Positions 1-12,979 of a DNA stretch of 64,000 nt are shown one piece after another. A model generated the notes under the pieces. It was not told the origin of the DNA. It saw only the letters and a program-made list of their open reading frames with translations, and did no database searches. A program made the position numbers and the translations under genes. Source of the stretch: Schmidtea nova (Eukaryota); the NCBI GenBank assembly GCA_044892505.1, contig CM097882.1, positions 244,528,001 to 244,592,000 on the forward strand. Reading direction: 5' to 3'. Each line of letters starts with the position of its first letter. Position 1 is the first letter of the stretch.

Positions 1-111
1 ACAAGTACGCCGAGCCCGATGAAATCAGTATTAACGCCAGGAACAAGTTCAAGATGATCTGAGACAACACCTAGGGAAAACAGAGAAAGGACTCCACCAC
101 AACCATACGAC

Positions 112-1734
112 GTGGACGAAATATTGACAGACAGCGACGAGGTAATAGAGGAATTAATCGAACTAACAAAAGAGAAATACGACAACATTTTCGAAAGAAT
201 ACAAGAACTACTTACCACAATACAAGTAACCAATACCGTAGAAGAAGAAGTCGAACAAGAAATAATAATAGAAGAAGTAAGCGATTTGACAGAAGACGAA
301 ACGAGAAGAGTGAATGTTGAAAATGTACAATTAACACAAGAAATGGAAAGATGGTTAGAAGAAAGAGCTAACGAACCAAGAGATGTAACGGAGGAAACCG
401 GACGAGTAACAAGATTGGTAGAAACCGGAACAGGAATGTATAGACGACCTCGAGGTAGACCTAAGACAGATCCAGCAAATATAGTTATAAGAAATAAGGA
501 TGAAAAGAGACAAGATCAATGGGAATTATGCTTAAAGAAATTAAATAAAATCGCAGAAATAAAAGAAAAAGAAACAACACAAATGTGTCAAGGTGAGGAA
601 TGGATATCGAAAACAATAATGGAAATATTGGCAATAATTGATCCGGAATTAAGAAAATATTGGCGAATAACCGAGATAAGTGAAAAGGAGAAGTCATTAC
701 ACAGCGCAATTGCACCCATCTTACCGGAATTTATAAAAGAAAAGACAAAATCAAATCATTTAGACTGGCAAGGAACCACTACGTTAATAAAGAAACTGAC
801 AGAAGGAGCGGAAACGGACAACAAATATGTAATAGCCATTGCATACACTATTTACAATCTGCTAACACTGAGTAGAGGTCGACCAAAACCTATCGCGTTA
901 GAAAGACATATAAAAAATACCGCAAAAATTATAGCCAGAGAAATAGAACCCTACATCATTAGCAAAGGAGGATGGGAAACATTTATCAAAACTAACCAGA
1001 AGAAAACGCAAGCCAAGAATATGAAAAAGAAATTTGAAGAAATATCGGGAGAATTGGAAAAAGAACAAGCAGGAACAGGGAACGCGAAGTCGTCATTGAA
1101 TCTGAGTTCAATTATAATGATGATGTTAATATGGATGATTAGTACCGACAGCGCAACAGCGTTTGAAGTATTCGACTGCGATCAGATGGCATTAGGTGAA
1201 ATATATTCATTGCGAGGTACAGAGCAATGTAAGGATGCAACTCCAACAGAACTAAAGACAATACAAAAGAAACAACTATACCATGTGTACCAGGAAGCGG
1301 AATTGACAAGAACAATGGTTAGAGAATGCAAAATTTATAAAATAAGATTTGCTTTTTATTGTGGACACCGTCACTACTCTGCAATTGTGATGTCAGAAAC
1401 CGAAAGAGAACCAGTAATGCTACAAGGAGAAGATTGCGAAAAATTGTTCAGACACGGAGAAATAGAAACAAGAGATAGGATAAGATTGAAAGGGAAAGTC
1501 GGAGCGATATTACAACAAACCTTATACGTAGCAGGAGCTATTACAGGAGGAGAAGGCTATTGTCAAGGAGCAACTTACCCTATATTTGGAGTACCAGCAA
1601 CAAACATAGTGGTGATTGACACCTATACAGTAGAACTTAAAACATACGAAGGATTTTTCGATCCAGTAAGGGGAGAAATGAAAACCCTGCCAACATGTAA
1701 GATTGACGCGAACACCTGCCAAACCGGCATGTAA
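112..1734 (+). pseudogene. Polyprotein fragment: Bcl-2-like domain plus N-terminal part of envelope glycoprotein
   Basis: PYIISKGGWETF (BH2-like, 949-984), hydrophobic SIIMMMLIWMIS, then FEVFDC...YSLRGTEQC; premature TAA at 1732-1734 where the intact copy has Ser. Confidence 0.85.
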
Positions 1735-4700
1735 ATTCTAACATACCAGACGCGAGGAAATGAATGCCAACTACAATTTTTAAAGCAAGCAGAATTCGAC
1801 GAAATACAACGTAAAACCTTCCAAGAAGAAGAGGAAGACAAAGTAGCAAGAGGAAAGATTCTCAAAGAAACAGTACAAGAAGAGAGAAAAATCGAAGCAA
1901 CACAGGAAAAACAAATCAGGATGAGAAATACCCCAACGGTACTAATCTCCTCAGATGCAGATATAGGAATGAGATTCGTAAAAGGCAAAACAGCCTTAAA
2001 ATGTGGAGTTTCGATGTTAGAAACCAACTACCCCGGTATTTTCGTATCAAGACAAGATGTACCTAATGCAAAACGCCAAGTAAACACGAACGATGTTAAA
2101 CTACACCTTTACGTAAACAATAAAATGGATTTCCTATTTCACAGAGGACAAGACTCATTGCAAAAAGTGTATTATGACCTGATCAACAACGATTGTATAT
2201 TAAATAGAGAGATACTGAAAACAAAATTAGCAGTGGTCATCACAAACCCAGACAGCGCAATGCCACTATTACCATTGAGAGAAAGTCACTTCGGAAGAGT
2301 AGTTGGTGAAGTCAGGTACGTATATATATATATATATATGCAAGAAAACAAACGCAAAAGTTGCAACGGCGACAAAATTACAACCAGGGCAATGTACAAA
2401 CGAATTTGAAATAGAATACAAAGGAAAAGTTAGTACAAGAATCATAAATCCAGTAAACTTCGAACCAAACCCTTTCAATTGTAGCAACGCGTATGGACCA
2501 TTATATCAAAAGCCAGATGGCAATTGGGTTATGTTTCCTTCAAGAACGGAAGTACCAGCACCAAGAGAGTTCGAACTAATGCAACTATCGAAAAGACGAA
2601 AATTCAAAGATGTCAATGTAAGCAATATGGGATTCTACAGCGCAAAAGATCTAGAAGCAGCAAGACAAAATATACTATTTCCAGCAAGAAGAGAAGCGGT
2701 ACTATCCAGCATCGTAACTATAACCGGAGGAACAAATTACCAGGGTGGACCTAATTACGAACTACTTTTATCACCAGCTCGTTTTAAGAAAGCAACCGAG
2801 AATGTGATGTGGGGAAGATTTTTGATTTTCGGACAAATGATGGCAGGAATACTCGGAGTCATACTGATAATACAAATAATACGGGTGGTCATAACACAAA
2901 TGCTCGCATGTTTTGACATTTACAAAAGAGAAAAGAAAGTTTACTGGAAATTAGTGGTAGGATTCTTACCTTTCTTAGCTAAAACAATGGTGTTACACGG
3001 ACACTCGAAAGATATCCACCGGATAAAAAGACTTCTAAAGATACTGGCCAAAATGAAAGGAACAGATGAGGAAGTAGGAGGAAAATATAAAAAGATAATG
3101 AATGACGAACAAGCAAGACAACAGCTCAAGAGAGAAAGAAAAGGATTGTGGGAGAGGATGAAAGGATATAGAACCCAAGACGATTTGAGAGACGACGATG
3201 ATGACAATGACGATTATAAAGGAGGACAAGTGTATAAGAACCAAGCACCACAATACATCGAAAAGAATCCGGCTGACGCATGGAAATGTTATGCACCTCC
3301 ACCAACAACGTATCAAGAACCACTGCAAGGAGGAAGAACTAACACAATGCAAATGATGCCAATGACGAATGTATACCCCATAATACCAGAAGACTATAAA
3401 ATGAGAAGATGCAGAAGTGTAGATCCACAAGGAGACGCACATACCATCGCCGTAATGTCATCAAACACAGGTCCTGTATTAACCACGACAATAGAGATTA
3501 ACAGAAGGGAAATCGAAGCAATGATCGACACGGGAGCAAATATCTCCGCCATCGACATCAAATGGATACCACAAGAGCAAAGACGGGAAATAGAAAGGAC
3601 AAACGTCCACGTAATTGCATGTAGCAAAGAAATCGTAGAAGTAGCAGGAAGATGGTGGGTAAAAATACGCCATTTAAATACAGAAATCGACACCTACGTA
3701 GCAGTCATACCAGCATTAAGCGTACCATGCATTATCGGAACAGATCTGATGCCAGCTTTATTTAAAGAAATTGTAATCGATCTCGGAACAATGAGATTAA
3801 AAGATCGCACCGGACAAATATGCGCAATAGAAGCCAAAGTAACAAGTTCAAAGCAAATAATTATACCTGTAAGAAAGGAAAAAATATGTTACGTAAAAAT
3901 AGACCCTACAATCCAAGGTGATATGATTTTCGAACCAAGTAAAAGATTCGAGAAAAGAAAAGCATTACCAATGGCAAGAGGACTAGTCAACATAAACGAC
4001 AATGGGGAAATCCCCATAAACGTAGTAAACTTCGACGAAGAAGATAAAATAATCTACGAAAACGAAAGATTAGGTAAGCTAACTCCAATGATGGATATCG
4101 AACTACCAATAGAAGGGAAAGAGAAAGATAAAGAACCAACCTGGAATATTGATAGCGAATTATTGAATGAAGATCAAAAGAAACAGTTAGAAAAACTTCT
4201 GATAGAGTACAAAGACATATTTGCAGTGTCCGATTTAGATCTAGGAACATGTGATGTCACGTTACACACGATACCATTAACAGATGAAACACTAATTGCA
4301 TTAAGGCCGTACAAATTAGCGGAAGCTCAAAAAGCGGTAGCAGAAGCAGAGGTGAAGAAAATGTTGGATGCAGAAGTAATCGAACCCAGTTGTTCACCCT
4401 GGCAATTTCCAGTGGTTATGGTAAAAAAGAAAGACGGAACACAGAGATTTTGCATCGATTATCGAAGATTGAATACAGTGACAAAACGAGATACCTACCC
4501 ATTACCAGACATTAATGAAATGCTATTAACATTACAGGGAGCAGCATATTTTACATCACTAGATCTGAAAAGCGGATATTGGCAAATAAAAATGAAGGAA
4601 GAAGATAAAGAGAAAACCACCTTTACCATCGGTAGAGACTTATATCAATTTCGAAAGATGCCATTTGGATTAACGAACGCACCAGCATCATTCCAGAGAT

Positions 4701-4861
4701 GTATGAACTTCGTCTCCCATGGAATAAAGCAGTGTATGGTCTACATCGAAGATTTATTAATTTACTCCAGTACATTTGAACAACACATACAAGATATCCG
4801 AGACATATTCGTCAGACTCAGGCAATGGAAGTTAAAACTCAAGCCATCCAAATGTGATTGA
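1735..4861 (+). pseudogene. Polyprotein fragment: rest of Env, aspartic protease and reverse transcriptase
   Basis: CILNREILKTKLA, TM FLIFGQMMAGILGVILII, MIDTGAN, RFCIDYRRLN, MPFGLTNAPASFQR. RT motif mutated to YIED (4742-4753); frameshift near 2330; TGG>TGA at 4859. Confidence 0.9.
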
Positions 4862-5458
4862 GCCAAAGAAAAAGTAACATTTCTGGGACACATAGTGTCA
4901 GCAAAAGGGAAGGAACCAGATCCCAGAAACATCGACAAAGTAAAAGAATGTCCAGTACCGAAAACAATAACCCAAATACAAGAATTTCTTGGATTATGCG
5001 GATATTATAGGAAGTTTAAAAAGGATTACGCCGGAATTGCAAAACCTATACAGGAGCTAGTAAAGAAAGATGTATCATTCATATGGGGAGATGAACAGCA
5101 AACTGCCTTTGAAACATTAACAGATAAACTGATAACAGCACCTATCTTAGTGCACCCAGACTTCAAGAAGCCATTCTTACTTGCAACAGACGCAAGCGGA
5201 TATGCAGCGGGAGCAGTGTTAGGACAATACGACGATGAAGGAAAAGAACGCGTAATCGGATATTATAGCCGAACATTCAAGAAGCATGAGAAAAATTATT
5301 CAGTAACGGAGCGGGAAGCGTTAGCAATTATATTAGCTATAAAACATTTTAAATATTTGTTATGGGGCCACATCATCTGCATAACGACAGACCACCAACC
5401 TCTTGTATGGTTAGGACAACATAAGGAAACATCCAGTAGATTAATGCGATGGGCAATG
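4862..5458 (+). pseudogene. RT thumb / RNase H fragment
   Basis: LATDASGYAAGAVLGQ, NYSVTEREALA, TDHQPL, RLMRWAM; cut by the insertion at 5459. Confidence 0.9.
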
Positions 5459-7041
5459 TGTAATGTTTTGTGGACACACCATAATAACTCTCATTGGTAA
5501 CGTTTGGATATAAATTTTTAACGTATATGTTTATTCGTGTCTTATGTATATTTAAAGTTATGTAAATTAAGGTTATAAAAAATTGTTATGTAATTATATA
5601 TGTAAAAATTTTATTATTTCAATATTTTATGGTTTGTTTAAAAAAAAGTTGTTAAGCGGTTAACCCGCACGATATCAGAAATAAATATTAGAAATCGCTG
5701 TTAGACTTTTTAAATTTCTGTTTTAAAATATATCTTAATATTAGAAATTGATTACTGAAATATTATTTAAATACAATGTTGAATGATGAATATATAGAAG
5801 AATCAGAAAAGCGGCGTTTACGGTTCGCATATATTATCGCTGATGATGATGCAAGATTCGAAAGATCAGTAAAGTACCTAGATCTGTTAGAAGTAAAAAA
5901 ATCATTACGGAAGATACGGATCTGTCGTTCCTACATTGGGTTGCTCTCAAAGACTCAGTTGTAATTAGGAAGGTTTTTGAAGGCAAGCACGTCCTGGGTG
6001 AAATCAAGTATTACATGTCGCTGCTTAATCTAACTATTCCAAGATCGAGAGAACTATTTAAAAGTATTCAAATAAATTGCTACTCACCATACGCATACAA
6101 TATCTTCACAAATGAAGTTTTGGTCCAGAATTCTAAAATTGATTTCCAACGCATTTTGTCATTCATTAAATTGCATATTATATCGTATGTCTTAGGAGTG
6201 TTTCACGAATTTCATCAGTCTAATTTCAATTATTTTTATCCGGTAAAGTGGAAAGATTCTGATAAAAGTTTAGTAATAGGAAAATGGTTTATCATGCTAT
6301 ACAATCAAACGGAAGAAAGTGTAATTATCGCTAACTATTATATGATGAACTTATTCGTTTCAAGAAAATTGCGATTTTATTGTCAATTGATATCCTATCA
6401 AGGTCCGAAAATGAATGTATTTAGAGTATGTACTGTACTACCAAATCCGTTTGTGGATCATTTTTATATGGTTAATCAATCTTTGAGATCTCATTTTATT
6501 TTAATTCATGAAATTTTGGTAAACTGCATGTTTTATATTTTCACAGACATTTCCAAAACTTGGTGTTATGCTTTCAATCTTATTCTTAAATTTTACAGAT
6601 TTTTCAAAGTCTCTTTCAATCAATTAATAAAGAAAAATGATACAATTGAGATTTATATAGACACTGGTTATCAAATAAATAATACCTTTTCTGACAATTA
6701 TATCTACACAATCCGAGTTATTGGACAAGTATTTTCTAATAAGCAAGCCGTCAGTGTGACACTTCCTTATGAGATCCTCCTTGGGGGATTACCCGATGAT
6801 TTCGATCGATCTTTGGTTTGGCCTGGAATTCGTCTTTCGTTGCTATTTGGCATGACTGAGTATATGGTAACAAATTTCCGTAAACTGAATACAACCTACA
6901 AACATCCCAAAACAAAAGTATTATTAGATTCATTTGTAAGCTTATGTAAAATAATAAGCGAGGGAACAAATATAAAATTGATGAATCGGCAACCACGCCA
7001 AAATTCAGAATACCTTGGTGTGATTTCCGGTTCATCAAACA
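5459..7041. mobile_element. 1.58-kb insertion into RNase H, possibly a solo LTR (TGT...ACA ends)
   Basis: Host reading frame WAM|QLQEYS resumes at 7042-7045. Duplication is CAATG (5454-5458 / 7040-7044), or ATG if the element ends in ACA. Confidence 0.75.
6015..7041 (+). CDS. Orphan ORF (about 342 codons within the insertion), function unknown, open to the insertion end
   Basis: Long stop-free frame in very AT-rich DNA; no recognisable motif. The tail of the tracked ORF (to 7148) is out-of-frame host pol sequence. Confidence 0.5.
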
Positions 7042-9045
7042 ATGCAATTACAAGAGTACTCACCAGATATAAAATTCAAATCGGGACGAGCAAATGCAAA
7101 TGCAGACTGTATGTCGAGACTGACATTTCCGAAACTAACCGATCCTGAGGTTCAAAGGATTTGTGTATTAATCGCGGAAGATTTGGATTTCAGTGAGTTA
7201 AAGAAAGATCAACAAGAAGACAAAGAGTTAGGACAGATCAGAGAATTCCTAACATCTCGAAATATGGATCTATTCAAGGATAACAAAGAGTTAAAAGAAC
7301 ATATAGGAAAATATCAACATCGATATATAGTAGAAAAAGGATGGTTATTGATACAAGACGGAGAAAAGAGACTGATGTGTCTACCGGAAAACCGAAGAAA
7401 GGAAATAATAATTCAGTATCACGATGGGAAGTTAGGAGGACATATGTCCGACAAAAAGACACTAAATCGAATGAGACAAAAATAATTTTGGCGAACAATG
7501 GAAGAAGACATAAAAGAATGGATTAAAAATTGCCTAACCTGCGCAACCAGAAAGGATAGTGGGAAGAAATGGAAAAACCCGCTACAACCAATGCCGATAC
7601 CAGCAGAGCCGATGACAACCATCGCAATGGACGTAATAGGACCACTACCGGAAAGTCTAAACGGCAATATTTACATATTAGTGATAACAGACTACCTGAC
7701 AAAATTCCCAGAAGCATTTGCCATGCAAGACCAAAAAGCAAAAACAGTGGCAAAATCTTTGGTAGAAGAAATATGTTGTAGATATGGAACTCCAAAACAG
7801 ATACTCACAGATCAAGGAACTAACTTTATGAGTGAGTTATTAGACGAGGTGACAAACTATTTCAGAATAGCAAAATTAAGAACGTCGCCTTACCACCCGC
7901 AAACAAATAGACAAACAGAGAGATTCAATGGCACATTAATTAGAATGCTATCAAATTACGTCAGTAAACACCAAACTGATTGGGACGAATACATAAAACT
8001 ATGTTTAACGGCCTACCGAATGTCGATACATGCCGCAACAAAACTCAGCCCGTTTCAACTAATGTATGGGAGAGAATGCAACATGCCCATAGACTTGGAG
8101 TACCAACCACCATTATCGCAATATATGGAAGACGACGACTATGTAACCAAATTTAAAGAACGGATGCAGGAAATATGGAAGACGGCGGAACTGAAAATAA
8201 AATTTTATCAGGAAAGTTATAAAGACTTACACGACCAGAAGAAAAATGTTAAAGCAAACGATCTAAAACCGGGAGACTGGGTAATAATAGAAACTCCGGA
8301 AATAATGCCAGGAACCGTCAAGAAACTACAAAGACCTGGAAAAGGACCCTATGAAATTATATACAAGAAAGAAAATAATGTCAAGGTGAAACTAGTAAAT
8401 CGACAACTAGTACGACCGATATATGTAAATACCTGCAGATGCAAGAAAGTGCCTAAAACAATCACTACAGCACCAGAAGATCGAATGATAACCAGATCAC
8501 AAACAGCCAGGATAAGTATGCTCAGAGCAGATACAACCCACCAAATCGACGAAGCAGAAATAAGGCAAAAGGAATTCAGAAATAAAGAAATTGTATTAAA
8601 AGCGAGAGAAGTAACAGGAAGATGGAATGCCAGAGACGAAGTGAACATATTAAAAGACATAAGATGGATAATTAGCGATTACGCACAACGTTTACCAACC
8701 AAACCAATTATTTCTGAGCTGTTAGAGAAAATTCCTGAAATACTTTTATTACAAGATGTAGGAGGACAACCCGCCTTACACAATGCGGTAAAGTGTGGAA
8801 ATATAGAAAGAGCGAAAGAATTCCTAAAAATTGCAAAAGAAACCAATCAACACCTAGGTTTCGGGAATCGTGAACAAGAAACACCATTAATGATAGCAGC
8901 AATTTACCAAGCAGACAAGGAAATGGTAGACCTTTTGATAAAGGCCCGTTTCAACTGGACAGAACGAGATAGAGAAGATAAAACAGTCCTAAATCACGTA
9001 ATATGGAGTTCACACCAACTAATGCTGAAACATATAATAAAATAA
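7042..9045 (+). pseudogene. End of RNase H, integrase and first ankyrin repeats
   Basis: HDGKLGGH...CLTC, IAMDVIGPLP, TDQGTNF, TSPYHPQTNRQTERFN, GPYEI, GGQPALHNAVK, QETPLMIAA; stop at 7483-7485. Confidence 0.92.
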
Positions 9046-9244
9046 ACATATAATAAAATAAACATATATAAAATAAACTGTTAGTCCATAACAAAAATTC
9101 TAACTAATAAAATTTTAGTATATTAATGATTAATTAATTTAAAATTGTTTCTTCAAAGCCAATCAAATTGTTTAAAAAATAATCATAATTACTCAATTTT
9201 GTCATTTAAAAAGTTATTAAAACATATTTATTAGAAAAGGGATA

Positions 9245-9658
9245 ATGAGCGCACGGCGTCACAGCAATTCAGGTATTAATTTAAAAACAAAATTAAAAGC
9301 CATCCGAATGCACAACAGGAACATGAGTATCCGTGAGATAGGCGTGAAACTTGGATATGGACAAAACACCATAAGGTATTGGATCAGGAAAGGTGAAGCT
9401 TACTATTTGCTTCTAGCAAATCCCAAGAAATATAAAACATTTACAAAGAAATTGAAAGTCCAAGCTTTAGAAATGGTTAAAAATGACAATACAGTTCAAG
9501 AAATCGTTACTTTATTTAATGTTCGACCAAGAGCCGTCAGGTCGTGGATGAATAAAATTTCAAGTAGTACTTTTAATGAGAATTTACAAAATAATCTGAC
9601 TGATGGACAACCTGCGGACCCAAGTGCAAACCAGCCGGAATTGTTACAGACAATTTAG
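9245..9658 (+). pseudogene. Tandem helix-turn-helix DNA-binding domains, probable transposase N-terminus relic
   Basis: KLKAIRM..SIREIGVKLGYGQNTIRYWIRK and KVQALEMV..TVQEIVTLFNVRPRAVRSWMNK resemble psq/transposase HTH repeats. Confidence 0.6.
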
Positions 9659-10606
9659 CACTCAAATTGAATTCAAAAACTGAATAATTGTCACCATTTT
9701 GATTACTTTCACTTTTTGCAATATATTCTTTTAGCTGTGTCCCAGTTTTATGTCCTTCTGCTGAGTTGGCCTTTCAGGAAATTCGCGTTTGTAATTCATT
9801 TGTTAAGGGTTAATTTAGATAAACTTCTTGAAATGGTATATTATCGAATGGGCAGGCGCACGGCTTTCTGTAGTTGCTAGGTCCACTGGGGTGATGCGTA
9901 TTCGCATTCAATGGACGCATGAGATTTAGGTGATCTACCCTTTACAATGTGATATAAAATACGTTTGATATGAAAACTTTCGTGATAGAGAAATTATAAT
10001 TTCTTCGAAGATTAGCGTATACCACCTTTATTTATAAAATAAAATAATTCAATCTAATCTGGCGCAAACTCTAACAATCAGCAACTTTTTAGATAGATGC
10101 TTGTTTATCTCGTCGGGCAAATATAAAACTTTATATTAGTATCATGTTGTTGTTTATTTATAGGCCCTGCCAGTTTTGCAATATTTAATCTGATATACTT
10201 TAATTTTAAAGATCTTCATTGGAATTAAAGTGCCAGTCAGTAATGAATACTTAATTAAAGTGAAATGCACAAAAATAGTAGGATGTGTCTCCATCATATA
10301 TAGGTCACCCCCTCCCCACCTAGAAAGCTTTTTTATGTAGGTCAATTAGTCTTTATTACAATATTTAAAATGAAAAACAATTCAATTTACTCATTAGCAA
10401 CCAGTTACTGATTATTGATAAATTCGATATTTTAAATTCGATATATTAAGAATTACACTACAAATTAATTTTAAAACGATTAATTATTAACAAAGATTTT
10501 TTTAAATTTATTAACTATTTAAAAAATATACTTTAAAAAATTTTATTTAAAAATTTTTTATTTATTTTATTTATTCAATTTAATTTAATTTCATCATTCA
10601 ATATAT

Positions 10607-11089
10607 TTAATACAACAAAACACAAATACTAACACACAAAATATTAAAAACATTCAAAATACACGTGTTCACAGTATTCTGCACATTAATTTTAGGATTT
10701 AAATATCTTATCAAAAGCGCTAAAAATATAATGCATTGATAATGATTATTAAGATTTTTTGATAATATTTTAAAATCAGACATACTAATCTTTCTGTTAC
10801 AGATTTTATTTTGATCAATAATATTGGACACTTCCTTCGGTCGATCATGTTCAAGAACTCGAGTACAGAGATGACGGGCAGTCTCTCCAATGTATGTGGC
10901 ATTACACCCATTACATGTAAATTGATAAACGAGATCTGAACCCAATCCAACCGGAGTTTGCGTCTTTTTAACAAACATACAACTCACTTTGCACAAATTG
11001 GATACAATCCTAAAATTTAAATTACTCGATTGATTTCCTATCTTCCTTTTATACTCTTTAAATCCCTCTGAATACGACAATACTATCAT
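10607..11089 (-). mobile_element. Penelope-like element GIY-YIG endonuclease relic
   Basis: VYQFTCNGCNATYIGETARHLCTRVLEH...DFKIL...LNPKINVQ. Confidence 0.8.
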
Positions 11090-12899
11090 TAATTTTGGAT
11101 TTTCTTGTTAGCATAGTTTTAATGGATACTTGATGATGACATAGTGTCTGTCGAAATATATAATTGTATGTTGTATAAATTGTGTTTTACTTTAATAAAA
11201 TCGTTGCCATGTTTGTTTAAGTAATTATTATTATTATTGTTATCATTATTAAAAGTTATTTTATTGAATTAAAATATGGAAATATAGTTATTTTCCAAAA
11301 ATTTTCAGAAAATGAATTTACATAAACTATTTTCAAATATATAAAAGAAAATTATATTCATTTTTCAAAATATTTAAAATAAAGTTAATTAAATTAAAAT
11401 TAATTTTTCAAAATCATATAAAATGTTTTTCAAATATGTTAGGAGGTATGGGTGATGTTATAAAAATTATTAACGATTTCTAGGGATTAATATAACCCAA
11501 TTTGTTTCAAAGTCGCCGCATTGGCGCAACCCTCGAAAGAGTCGCGACCAAAAGGCTTTTCACCACGGGGTCGACAACCACCGAGGCGCATCTTATGTAT
11601 TTTACCCAGGATATTGTAAGGGCTTACTCGCAAATAAATGTAATAAACATAACAAAATCAAATATCTATTACTACCAATACAAATTACAAATGAAAAATT
11701 ATACCTTCAACAAAATAAAAACATACTTACGCTTTCGACTGGCTGACGAAATACAAAATTGTACTCACTGCAAATTAATGCCAAGTAAGTTTAAATTCTG
11801 ATTTTTCAGCGTCTATTTATATTAAATTTACTGACACTCACATATGTTGTTATTTAAATAATGATTTTAACAATTAAACTTACTTATTGTTTTTAATAAA
11901 TGAGTATTTATTTATTTTTTGTAAATTTAATTTAATAATTCTATTTATTTATTTTCTAAAATATTTGTTTTTAATTTCGTTAAATGATGTGTGTATCCAT
12001 CGTGTTTTGTGTATTAATTGATTGACTAAAACAATCAAATTCAATTTTTTATTTTTATCTCTGTTAATTTTACGATATTTCAATTGTGATTTTTGCTATA
12101 ATTTTTAATAAATTATTTTATTTATTATGATACCAATTTTATTTTTCGATCATGCGTTTCGTAATCATTATACAAGCAATGATCTTCAGCATTCAATTCT
12201 TGTGCGGTCTTTCGTATGTAAATGCGACATGCACTCAAATTGTGGGCTCTCTTTTGAGATGCCTCTTTTCTATCGTTTCAACCCTATCTCAACTGACTTT
12301 AAAAAAATTCGGTTCGAATGACTACTACTGTACTTTACTGTTTTATTTTTTGCGTTATTTTACTGTTTAACGTTTTATCTTGCGTTTTTCAACTTGTTCT
12401 CTTTTGCATATATTTAATTTTTGATAAATTTAAACAAGATTTATTTTTCGATTTCGCCATCCCCACAAATAAGTATTTTTATAAAATAAGAGGCATTTCA
12501 AATCACTAATAATTTGCTAGGCACTTGCCTGTCTTCAGTGTCATCATGTATTGTCCATTTCTTTACGTTTACTTTTACTTTTTACGTGCTTGGTGCCGCA
12601 TCGAACAATAATTTTAATTAAATTTCTTAATTACATCTAATGCCAACTTTTGCATTTTAATGGAGATCAAATGGTGTATTAAGTACAGCCATTAATATCG
12701 TTTATTGATTGGAAAAAATATTGAAACTATAATCAGGTGGGTTACCGTCAGATATATTTCCCTAATACAAAGATATTTTAGAGTAAATTGTTTCAGTTTG
12801 TATTTTGTTGACACTGTTGTCTAGTTTTTGTATGCAATATTTTTGTTTTACAACGTATTTTATTTTCAAAGATAATTATTTCAGGACATGGACATTGAT

Positions 12900-12979
12900 T
12901 ATCTGTATTATTATCTATGTATTATTATTTATGTATTATTATCTATGTATTATTATCTATGTATTATTATCTATGTATT
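12900..12979 (+). repeat. 14-bp minisatellite (TATGTATTATTATC)n, left part
   Basis: About 5.5 units read directly. Confidence 0.9.

Larger units (their letters stand above)
1..9045 (+). mobile_element. Degenerate, 3'-truncated copy of a sister subfamily of the giant Gypsy element; extends beyond the left window edge
   Basis: Colinear protein similarity to the 4966-aa ORF (Bcl-2-like, Env, PR, RT, RH, IN, first ankyrins). Broken by stops at 1732, 4859 and 7483, a frameshift at a (TA)n run near 2320-2339, and an insertion at 5459. Ends in a short AAACATATAATAAAAT repeat. Confidence 0.93.

Noticed and set aside
7042-7148. C-terminus of the 377-aa ORF
   Set aside because: Lies outside the insertion, in an alternative frame of the host pol sequence
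9850-9885. Possible Helitron 3' end (GC patch before CTAG)
   Set aside because: No convincing hairpin and no matching 5' TC end
11502-11801. 99-aa ORF over a small GC-richer patch
   Set aside because: TTG start, no recognisable motif, no supporting structure
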